Origin: a virus
Lineage: Duplodnaviria > Caudoviricetes
Virus record (IMG/VR): IMGVR_UViG_3300042334_000377
Location: 2,934-66,933 of that record
Direction: 5' to 3' (one strand)
Length of the DNA stretch: 64,000 nt
Positions 8,425 to 16,200 of this stretch are shown here, piece by piece (position 1 is the stretch's first letter; each line of letters opens with the position of its first letter). A program made the position numbers and the translations under genes. Below the pieces are notes generated by a model. The model did no database searches. It was not told the DNA's origin and saw only the letters and a list, made by a program, of their open reading frames with translations.

Positions 8425-8467
8425 TTACATTTATATTATCAATTTTGAATCGTATTTATATTGTAAA
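8425..8467 (-). promoter_or_regulatory. Early promoter-like motif, copy 5
   Basis: TTTACAATATAAATACGATTCAAAATTGATAATATAAATGTAA. Confidence 0.8.
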
Positions 8468-8474
8468 TACTTTG

Positions 8475-8546
8475 TAGTTAGGGTAGGAATCGAACCTACA
8501 TTGCGGGCGCCTGATCGGCCTGAGTTTACCATTACTCCTCCTAACT
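8475..8546 (-). tRNA. tRNA-like RNA with intact acceptor/D/T arms but irregular anticodon arm
   Basis: AGTTAGG/CCTAACT+A, GAGT-AATGGTAA-ACTC, GTAGG-TTCGATT-CCTAC; interior GGCCGATCAGGCGCCCGCAA. Confidence 0.7.
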
Positions 8547-8553
8547 CCTATTA

Positions 8554-8781
8554 TTAATCTTTATACTTAACATCCGCCATGAATCTTTCAATTACACCGG
8601 CTTCAAAAGCTTCTTGTTCTTTATAGTATTTTGCACGTACTATTCTATCTAATAACCATTCAACAATCACTTCATAATCCGTGTGATGTTTAGTCATACC
8701 GTTTTCTATAGTCGCTTTATAATATGTGTGCTCAGGGAAGTACGGATTTTTGTACTCTATAATTTCATAATCTCCTATCAT
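8554..8781 (-). CDS. Hypothetical protein
   Basis: ORF track. Confidence 0.6.
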   Translation of the reverse strand: MIGDYEIIEYKNPYFPEHTYYKATIENGMTKHHTDYEVIVEWLLDRIVRAKYYKEQEAFEAGVIERFMADVKYKD

Positions 8782-8783
8782 AA

Positions 8784-8951
8784 TTAATCGTTATATATTT
8801 CAAATTCAACATCATCAAAGTCATTAGCGTCCAACACTACTTCTTCACCACAATACATTTCTTCCGCTAATAATCTTGCATCGATTTCATCGTTGGCTTC
8901 AACTTCAATTATCTTACTTAAATACTCGGTTATTTTTACTTTATATATCAT
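8784..8951 (-). CDS. DpnD/PcfM-like small acidic protein (not in ORF track)
   Basis: MIYKVKITEYLVRIIEVEANDEIDARLLAEEMY...VVLDANDFDDVEF. Confidence 0.7.
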   Translation of the reverse strand: MIYKVKITEYLSKIIEVEANDEIDARLLAEEMYCGEEVVLDANDFDDVEFEIYND

Positions 8952-8962
8952 ATTATTATTTG

Positions 8963-9005
8963 TTACATTTATATTATCAATACTTAATCGTATTTAGATT
9001 GTAAA
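8963..9005 (-). promoter_or_regulatory. Early promoter-like motif, copy 6
   Basis: TTTACAATCTAAATACGATTAAGTATTGATAATATAAATGTAA. Confidence 0.8.
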
Positions 9006-9122
9006 TCAATCTTCATCTTCGCCGTCCCAATCGGTAAACTCGCAATGTTCTAAACAATCACCACACAACTCATCATATATATGGTGTCTACCCGCACCAC
9101 AACAATCACTATATTCGTCCAT
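9006..9122 (-). CDS. 38-aa Cys-rich Zn-ribbon microprotein (not in ORF track)
   Basis: MDEYSDCCGAGRHHIYDELCGDCLEHCEFTDWDGEDED. Confidence 0.65.
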   Translation of the reverse strand: MDEYSDCCGAGRHHIYDELCGDCLEHCEFTDWDGEDED

Positions 9123-9126
9123 ACTT

Positions 9127-9435
9127 TTATTTATTTAAATTATTTTTATATTCTCTTTCGTCTCTTAAATTTCTATATTCGAAGTAAGACCATATTGCAG
9201 CGTTAATTCGACCAACTTCACTAGTGCCATCGTGGACTAAGTATGGTTCAACCGCATTGAAATAGTCGGTTAAGTCATAATCAATATCACAATATTGTTC
9301 TTTAAATAACTCTAATTCGTCACCTTGCATAAAGTTTAACCCAACAATCGCATCGTCTTCTTTAACTATTAGTATATAGCGGTCATCGCCATTACACCAC
9401 ACTATTTCTCTACTTTCTATTACTTTATAATCCAT
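9127..9435 (-). CDS. Acidic hypothetical protein
   Basis: ORF track. Confidence 0.6.
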   Translation of the reverse strand: MDYKVIESREIVWCNGDDRYILIVKEDDAIVGLNFMQGDELELFKEQYCDIDYDLTDYFNAVEPYLVHDGTSEVGRINAAIWSYFEYRNLRDEREYKNNLNK

Positions 9436-9583
9436 ATTGTATTTTTTTACTTATTAATATTAGTTTCTTAGGGCCATAGAGGCGTATTTCGCTTGAATTA
9501 AGAACTCTTTTTTTACTTTTAATAATACCACTCTAAAGGCACTTGAATAACGTCTCATATTTACTTGTTTTAGTTTGTTTTTG

Positions 9584-9626
9584 TTACACTTATATTATCA
9601 TTTCACAATCGTATTTTTATTGTAAA
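9584..9626 (-). promoter_or_regulatory. Early promoter-like motif, copy 7
   Basis: TTTACAATAAAAATACGATTGTGAAATGATAATATAAGTGTAA. Confidence 0.8.
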
Positions 9627-9732
9627 GAGGTTGAACTCTATTTGATCGAATTTAAAGAAGTACAGGTATTACAGAGTATCCCTTTGTTTGCAAGCCTTTT
9701 CAACCATTTTACCATCGATTATTGTTATTTTG

Positions 9733-9775
9733 TTACATATATATTATCGTTTTTGATTCGTGTTCATTTTGTAAG
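9733..9775 (-). promoter_or_regulatory. Early promoter-like motif, copy 8
   Basis: CTTACAAAATGAACACGAATCAAAAACGATAATATATATGTAA. Confidence 0.75.
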
Positions 9776-9855
9776 CACTTTTTGAGTGAAAATAGAAAAT
9801 AGTTAACTATAGTGTAGGACGGAGTCTACTCTTTCGACAGTGTTTCAGTGCCAGA

Positions 9856-9898
9856 CTACACATATATTATCAAATTACCGTCGTAATGTTATTGTAAG
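9856..9898 (-). promoter_or_regulatory. Early promoter-like motif, copy 9
   Basis: CTTACAATAACATTACGACGGTAATTTGATAATATATGTGTAG. Confidence 0.75.
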
Positions 9899-9969
9899 GG
9901 GTTTTTAGGTGAATGCTATACGCGTTGCTATACACTTTGTGTAAGGTTCCGATGGAACACTTTGTAAAA

Positions 9970-10018
9970 GTGTGACATTAGCTCATTAAGTTAATAATAT
10001 AGTAGGCTAACGTCGCAC
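9970..10018. promoter_or_regulatory. Inverted-repeat site 2 (12-N25-12)
   Basis: GTGTGACATTAG-N25-CTAACGTCGCAC, extended by AAAA/TTTT. Confidence 0.8.
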
Positions 10019-10024
10019 TTTTTA

Positions 10025-10240
10025 TTATAGGTTTTCTATCTCTTTTTTAACTTCATTCCAATTTATATCCTGACCGTAGCATTCGTATTTACTGCATCCA
10101 TTTTTTTCTTTTAATATCTCATCAATTGCTATTAATGCACATTGTTTGGCTTCATCAGTATCTAAATAGTTTTCAGTTTGATGTGAATATAAATTTACAT
10201 ATCTATAAACTAACTCTTCTGCTTTTTCTTTTGGTGTCAT
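10025..10240 (-). CDS. Hypothetical protein (MTPKEKA type)
   Basis: AKQCALIAIDEIL...WNEVKKEIENL; paralog of 4064-4261. Confidence 0.7.
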   Translation of the reverse strand: MTPKEKAEELVYRYVNLYSHQTENYLDTDEAKQCALIAIDEILKEKNGCSKYECYGQDINWNEVKKEIENL

Positions 10241-10243
10241 ATC

Positions 10244-10456
10244 TTATTTGTTTTTAAATTGTTCGTTGTAATATTGTTTGCCATTTCTTGAATTATAATA
10301 ATACCTATCTATATAAGCATTATCGTAAGCATCAATAATCTGTTGCTTTTCCATTTCTTTGGCTTGTTCAAGAATAGCTCTAATTGCTAATTGATGTCCG
10401 CTTGGAATTAATTGTTCTAATTGCTCTACTGCAAACTCTACTGCTGTTGGTTTCAT
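10244..10456 (-). CDS. Hypothetical protein
   Basis: TAVE...AKEMEKQQIIDAY...QYYN pattern. Confidence 0.7.
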   Translation of the reverse strand: MKPTAVEFAVEQLEQLIPSGHQLAIRAILEQAKEMEKQQIIDAYDNAYIDRYYYNSRNGKQYYNEQFKNK

Positions 10457-10469
10457 AATCTTATTTGTT

Positions 10470-10512
10470 TTACATTATTATTATCATTATTCACTCGTAT
10501 TTAGTTAGTAGA
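10470..10512 (-). promoter_or_regulatory. Early promoter-like motif, copy 10
   Basis: TCTACTAACTAAATACGAGTGAATAATGATAATAATAATGTAA. Confidence 0.75.
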
Positions 10513-10518
10513 AGAGAC

Positions 10519-10869
10519 TTATTCAGCCTCAACTACTTCTAACACTTCAACCGTAGCCAAATGTCTTACATTACTTGGCATATCGGTAGATTGTGACCAA
10601 TATTCTCTTTTAATCCAACAAGGCATAAGATTAAGTTTAGGTAACATCACTTTTAAAACCTCGTCATGATTGTAAGTTATACGTTGATTCTTGTTATTAA
10701 CAAAGGTTATGATTTGATTACGACCTAACCATGACTTTCTTACTACAAAGTTAGCTCTTTCGATTGGTGGATAGATTAAAGCCAAGTCTTCTGGGCTTAA
10801 TTTAGAGATAGCTTCAGCGATTAACTCTTTACTTGATTTTACAACTTCGTTTGTTACTTGATTTTTCAT
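10519..10869 (-). CDS. First gene of the early block, hypothetical
   Basis: ORF track; directly downstream of tandem promoter copies 11 and 12. Confidence 0.7.
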   Translation of the reverse strand: MKNQVTNEVVKSSKELIAEAISKLSPEDLALIYPPIERANFVVRKSWLGRNQIITFVNNKNQRITYNHDEVLKVMLPKLNLMPCWIKREYWSQSTDMPSNVRHLATVEVLEVVEAE

Positions 10870-10898
10870 ATTATTATATTTAATTTGTTATTACTTAG

Positions 10899-10941
10899 TT
10901 ACACTTATATTATCAATTAGACTTCGTATTCTTATTGTAAG
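10899..10941 (-). promoter_or_regulatory. Early promoter-like motif, copy 11
   Basis: CTTACAATAAGAATACGAAGTCTAATTGATAATATAAGTGTAA. Confidence 0.8.
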
Positions 10942-10969
10942 AACTTCTTAACCATTTGGTGCTTGTTGC

Positions 10970-11012
10970 TTACATATATATTATCAAATACCATCCGTAC
11001 TCAGACTGTAGG
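10970..11012 (-). promoter_or_regulatory. Early promoter-like motif, copy 12
   Basis: CCTACAGTCTGAGTACGGATGGTATTTGATAATATATATGTAA. Confidence 0.75.
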
Positions 11013-11372
11013 AAATGCTATACGCAAATGCTATACATTTGCTATACGCTTCGCGTGTTACCACGCTCCACGTATCGGTCTCCATACACATCACGTATCG
11101 ATTCATTATAATAAACACACAGCAATACATTATAACAAACAAACGGCGCTCACAGCAGCTCCAGTGTTCTCCTAGCAATAGCCAGATCATACGCCATGCG
11201 TACCGGAAAAGGCAAAACATTTCGGAAAGAACCAAAAAAGGTCCGGGGGGTGGGTAAAATCAAAGTCGTTTTCTTTCTGGGCGGTGCAGGCCAAAACAGG
11301 GTTGTAACCCCTTTATTATATATTTGTAATAATATTTTTTTCCACAACCACATATATTATTATTATATAAAA
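11013..11372. other. Non-coding divergence region: candidate genome terminus, pac site or origin
   Basis: Lies between divergent early and late blocks; three tandem TGCTATAC(G/A), short direct repeats, G-run GGTCCGGGGGGTGGG. Confidence 0.5.
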
Positions 11373-11421
11373 GTGTGACGTTAGGTAGTTATATTAAATA
11401 AATAGCAGGCTAATGTCGCAC
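11373..11421. promoter_or_regulatory. Inverted-repeat site 3 (12-N25-12)
   Basis: GTGTGACGTTAG-N25-CTAATGTCGCAC. Confidence 0.8.
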
Positions 11422-11475
11422 TGTAAGATTGGTTAACTATGCGTGATTGTATATACTATATTAAACGTTCAGATT

Positions 11476-11751
11476 ATGGAATATACTTTTGGTATACAGT
11501 CACCTTTATTGAAGCAGAAACTATCTCCTATTGCGGCTAAGGCAAAGGCGAATAGAGATTTGGCGTATGCTAAGACGGATGATAGAACGGCAAAGAAGGC
11601 ACATGCACAAAGAATGCATCGTAAGAATCCTGGTAAGAAAGGTATGGACTATGATCATGAAGATGGTAGGTTTGAATCTGTAAAACAGAACAGAGGAAAT
11701 GAGGGTGAGGGTACAAAAAAAGAAAGTGGTAAAAATTATAAAGTAAAATAA
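11476..11751 (+). CDS. Small basic protein, degenerate HNH-like (likely start MEYTFG)
   Basis: DYDHEDGRFESVKQNRG resembles HNH core; SPLLKQ motif. Confidence 0.55.
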   Translation: MEYTFGIQSPLLKQKLSPIAAKAKANRDLAYAKTDDRTAKKAHAQRMHRKNPGKKGMDYDHEDGRFESVKQNRGNEGEGTKKESGKNYKVK

Positions 11752-11752
11752 G

Positions 11753-12214
11753 ATGGCAATAATTCCAGCAGATGAAAAAGTCTTTATGGTAGACAAACGC
11801 ACTAACACAGTTTACGGTGGTAGTGCGGCGTTACAAGCAATGCAACAATGGTACACAATGCAAGATGTAATTGATACAGTAGGAGCGGGCTCGCCTTATA
11901 GAGAATATTATGGAATAATTCGTGTAGTTGGAGCAACACCAACTGTAGTGGAATTTCAAAATACTATTGGCGCTCCATTAACTTTTACAAACACAGCAAC
12001 TGGTGAATATATTATTTCATTTGGTTCAGAAGTTTTTATCTCTACTAAAGTTTTTTCAATTGCAAATAGCGGAGTTGGGGGAGCGGCAAATCTTCAGGTT
12101 ATTGGTGGTGGTCCAGACGCTGGAAAGTTTAGACTTTATACCTATGATATTAGTGGTGCGCTTTCTAATACGCAAAGTAATCCAACTTGTATAAATATTC
12201 GAGTTTATAACTAA
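11753..12214 (+). CDS. Putative virion structural protein
   Basis: Beta-rich, G/T-rich; late block. Confidence 0.55.
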   Translation: MAIIPADEKVFMVDKRTNTVYGGSAALQAMQQWYTMQDVIDTVGAGSPYREYYGIIRVVGATPTVVEFQNTIGAPLTFTNTATGEYIISFGSEVFISTKVFSIANSGVGGAANLQVIGGGPDAGKFRLYTYDISGALSNTQSNPTCINIRVYN

Positions 12215-12227
12215 TAAATAAAAAGAT

Positions 12228-12566
12228 ATGTACGGAAAAGGCATTGGTCCTCAGGGCCTAGGGACAAGCAAGAATAATGGGTATACGATTGGAGAAGCTA
12301 AAGGATGCAAATGTAAAGGTATGTGCCAATGTGGTAAAAGCCCAATGAAGAAGTTAAAGGATCTAAGCGGCGACGGTCAAGTTACCCAAAAAGATGTTTT
12401 AATTGGTAGAGGCGTTTTAGGTTCTCCTGCAAAGCAAATGATTAAAAGAGCAGATGGCTCTACGTCAAAAAGAGGATTGTGGGATAATATAAGAGCTAAT
12501 AAAGGGTCTGGTAAAAAGCCAACTAAGGAAATGTTGAAAGAGGCAAAGAAAATAAAAAACAAGTAA
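12228..12566 (+). CDS. Small basic modular protein with SPxK linkers and EF-hand-like DLSGDGQVT
   Basis: SPMKK and SPAKQ separate three short modules. Confidence 0.65.
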   Translation: MYGKGIGPQGLGTSKNNGYTIGEAKGCKCKGMCQCGKSPMKKLKDLSGDGQVTQKDVLIGRGVLGSPAKQMIKRADGSTSKRGLWDNIRANKGSGKKPTKEMLKEAKKIKNK

Positions 12567-12567
12567 A

Positions 12568-12918
12568 ATGAAACCAACTATACTAAAGCATTTTGCTGGT
12601 AACAACAAGATGGTAAAAGATAATTGCGGATGCGATGATTCTCCAATGAAGCAAACTGCTGCTTGGACCCGCAAAGAAGGTAAAGATCCTAAAGGGGGGT
12701 TGAATGCTAAAGGTGTTGCAAGTTACAGAAGAGAGAACCCTGGATCAAAGCTGCAAACGGCTGTAACAAAAAAACCATCGGAATTGAAAGCGGGTAGTAA
12801 AGACGCTAAAAGACGTAAGTCGTTTTGCGCTAGAATGTCCGGTATGCCAGGCCCTATGAAGAAACCAAATGGAGAACCAACAAGAAAAAAGCTTGCATTA
12901 GACAAGTGGAACTGTTAA
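12568..12918 (+). CDS. Small basic virion-type protein (DUF6321-like)
   Basis: AAWTRKEGK.PKGGLN.KG...RRKSFCARM...W.C, preceded by SPMKQ. Confidence 0.7.
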   Translation: MKPTILKHFAGNNKMVKDNCGCDDSPMKQTAAWTRKEGKDPKGGLNAKGVASYRRENPGSKLQTAVTKKPSELKAGSKDAKRRKSFCARMSGMPGPMKKPNGEPTRKKLALDKWNC

Positions 12919-12929
12919 ACAAATAAACA

Positions 12930-13247
12930 ATGGCAATATTATACAGCTATCCAATAGCATCACCTGCACTTACAGATTTATTATTAGGAACTCATATAGA
13001 TCCTGAGAGACCGCAAGACGGGAATCCTACTAAATCTTTTCACATATCAGATGTGGTAAACTTAGTATCTAACACAACTGTTAGTAATCCAACAGCGACA
13101 GCACTTAGCCTAGCTACATTGAATGCGTTGTATCCAAGTGCAATGATAGGGTTCAAAGTGCAATGTGCAAACCCTGCTGTATTAAAAATATATGAAAAAA
13201 CTAATACTACTGCTTGGGTATCTTATACTATAGCAATAGTAGCATAA
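12930..13247 (+). CDS. Putative virion/fibre-associated protein
   Basis: MAILYSYP N-terminus resembles that of the next gene (MAIGNYYP). Confidence 0.55.
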   Translation: MAILYSYPIASPALTDLLLGTHIDPERPQDGNPTKSFHISDVVNLVSNTTVSNPTATALSLATLNALYPSAMIGFKVQCANPAVLKIYEKTNTTAWVSYTIAIVA

Positions 13248-13256
13248 AACAAATAA

Positions 13257-16200
13257 ATGGCAATAGGTAATTATTATCCAGTAAGCGGTACTGTCGTAGA
13301 TCAGGATTTATTTTTAGGTACAAAAGCGGGTAATAACAATACTGTTAACTATACTGCGCAAACTGTAGCTAATTATTTAAATACGAATTCTAAGATAGCA
13401 ATTGGTGGACAAATATCATTTAGATTTGATATATCCCCTAATATACCTAAAACAATATCTTTCAGCGGCGGTGGTGGAAGCGGAACTCCTTTCGCTAGTA
13501 TAACACAATTAATAGTTTCTGGAATAGATTTATCTAGTACGGATATAACTATTTTCTTAAATTATTTAAACGGTAGTGAAATACTATTAGCGCAGCAAAA
13601 TCAACCAAATTTATTTGGTAACTATAAAATAACCGGTTACACTCAAATTGGTACATCTAACTTCTATACTTTAGATTTACAGTTTATAGGTGGTAACGGA
13701 ACTATTACAGAAAATACATATTATAATATAAGTTCTTTTGTGCTATCAAGTGGTATTGATGTACCTACGTTAAACCAAGTATTAACTGCTGGGAACACAT
13801 CGGTAATAGACGCTAAGGTTGGTAACTTATATTCTTACGATAATTTAAATGTTGACTATGGTATAGTTCAGTTCTATGATGGCGGCGTTTCTTTAAAAGC
13901 AGCAACTACAAATAATTTATTATTTTATAACGATGCAACCGGTTCGGTAAGCTTTAGCAATGGTACATATTTACCCACTCTGAATTTTGCTGGAGTTGGT
14001 AATAACGTTTATACTTTTCAAAATGCAAATGGTACATTAGCATTCTTAAGCGATATACCTTCGCTAAGTGGGTATGTACCTACATCAAGAACTTTAACAA
14101 TAAATGGAACATCTTATGATCTTACAGCAAATAGATCATGGAGTGTTGGGACTGTTACATCAGTTGGATTATCGATGCCTCCCGCATTTAATGTTTCGAG
14201 TAGTCCAGTTACTGGATCAGGAACAATAGCGGTTACAGGGGCCGGTGTCGCAAGTCAATATATAAGAGGGGATGGTACTCTCGCTAATTTTCCAACATCA
14301 ACAGGTGGAGGGGCATCTGTTTCATATTACTTAAATGGTAGTATATCTCAGGGTACAATAGGAGGCGTTGCATATAAGGAAATGAATAGCGTTCCCGTAA
14401 TTGGAGCAGGTACAGATTTCACTATTAATGCAGATGGATATATTGCTCAGTTTATTACAGATGTAGGAGACCCAAATAAATTATTAATACCGGGTGGTAA
14501 TTGGAATTTTGAAACTTACTTTAGTGCTTCATCAGGCGGAGGTTCTCCGCGATTCTATGTTGAATTATATAAGTATGACGGTACTACATTCACACTAATT
14601 GCTTCTAATTCAGCATCGCCAAGATTAATCACAGATGGAACAAATATAGAGGCTTATTTTAGTGCTTTAGCGGTCCCGGCTACTACATTGCTTGTAACAG
14701 ATAGATTAGCGGTTAGATTCTATGTTATTCATAGCGGTAGAACAATTACTATGCATACTGAGAATAGTCACTTATGCCAAGTTATAACAACATTCTCTTC
14801 AGGGTTAACAGCATTAAATGGGTTAACTTCTCAAGTGCAATATTTTGCAGTCGGAACATCAGGTACAGATTTTAATATATCCTCTGCCACTGATACGCAT
14901 ACATTTAATTTACCAACTGCATCGGCAGTAAATAGAGGAGCTTTAAGCTCTGCTGATTGGACTGCGTTTAATTCAAAAGCTTCCGCAAGTGGAACAACAA
15001 ACTACGTTGCTAAATTCACAGGAGCTACTGCTATCGGCAATAGTCAGATATTTGACAATGGAACTAACGTAGGTATTGGTATTGCATTGCCTGAAGCAAA
15101 ATTAGAAGTTGTTGGTTCTTCATCATCAGGATTACAAGAAGTTTTAAGATTAAGAGGCACAGAAGCTGGAGGGGCAGTTCAAGGAGGTCCATACATATCT
15201 CTTAGACCTGTTAATACAGACCCACTGCTTAAGAATTGGGAATTAGCAAGAGTCGCAGCATCTTCTGTCGCTTTCTCTTATGCGTCTAATTTATTATTTT
15301 ATACAAATACAGGGGTAGCTTATACGGATATAACTGAGAAGATGCGTATTAGCTCTTCTGGGAACGTAGGTATTGGCACGACAGCACCAGGCGCAAGACT
15401 TGATGTAAGAGCACAAGGTGCGTTATCTACCGACATAGCTTTTAAAGTTCGAAATAGTACTGATACGGCTGATTTTATAGCTGTTAATGGATTAGGTAAT
15501 GTTGGCATTGGGACTACAGCTTCAACAGAAAAATTAACTGTTTGGAATGATACGGCTGCCTCAATAGGAATACACACAAACAGAGAAATCGCTGGGGACT
15601 TAGCAATTTTAAGATTTAGTACAGTTACAAATGGCGATGCTGATGCAAGAAAAAAAGGAGCTATTTTCTTCAAAGCTAATGGAACTGGAAATGGTAGAGG
15701 AGATTTGCAATTTGCGGTAAATAATGCTGCTGATAGCAGCAATGCTGGAGTTGCAAATGCTGTAATGACATTACAATCTGACGGTAACGTAGGAATAGGA
15801 ACAGCAGCTCCAACTACTAAACTTCAAGTATCTGGAGACGCAAATGGTATTTTATCTCTTGGTCGTTTTGAAAATACAAATGTAGGAAATGCAGTACAAT
15901 CAAGAATCCAAGTAGTTTCCGGAACCGCAACTGCACAAATTCAAATGTTTGGCTCAGGTCATTCGACTACTCCACGTTTATTTAGGCTAAGTGGTTCGAG
16001 CGATGGTGGAGATATGTATTTAGCAACTGGAGGAGTTGATAGACTTGCTATTACCTTAGCTGGTAACGTAGGTATTGGAACAACAGCTCCTGTAGTTAAG
16101 TTAGCAGTGGCTGGAACAACTACAGATACATTAAGGATAGGGCAGACTGAAAACTTAACAGGCAACAAATATATGGTGCTTGGAATGAACGTGGCGAGCC

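Noticed and set aside
8475-8546. Opal suppressor tRNA (TCA) implying stop-codon reassignment
   Set aside because: TCA is not centred in a canonical 7-nt loop on a 5-bp stem. Long genes are intact in code 11, and TGA/TAG end genes normally (e.g. 56456, 32292).
9812-9861. Hammerhead ribozyme
   Set aside because: A GAAA and a three-stem layout are present, but the CUGANGA core and a correctly placed UH site are missing.
1658-11012. 43-bp repeats as a CRISPR array or integron attC sites
   Set aside because: Spacing ranges from ~70 bp to >3 kb with whole operons in between, the interiors are degenerate with no extended hairpin, and no cas or integrase gene is visible; position before start codons fits promoters.
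10963-11378. Several overlapping 60-83 aa ORFs in the ORF track
   Set aside because: They overlap each other on both strands, have atypical composition and cover repeats and motifs; treated as non-coding.
9970-11421. Inverted repeats as tyrosine-recombinase or protelomerase sites
   Set aside because: A 25-bp spacer is far longer than the 6-8 bp of lox/dif-type sites, the sites are not perfect palindromes, and no such enzyme is in the window.
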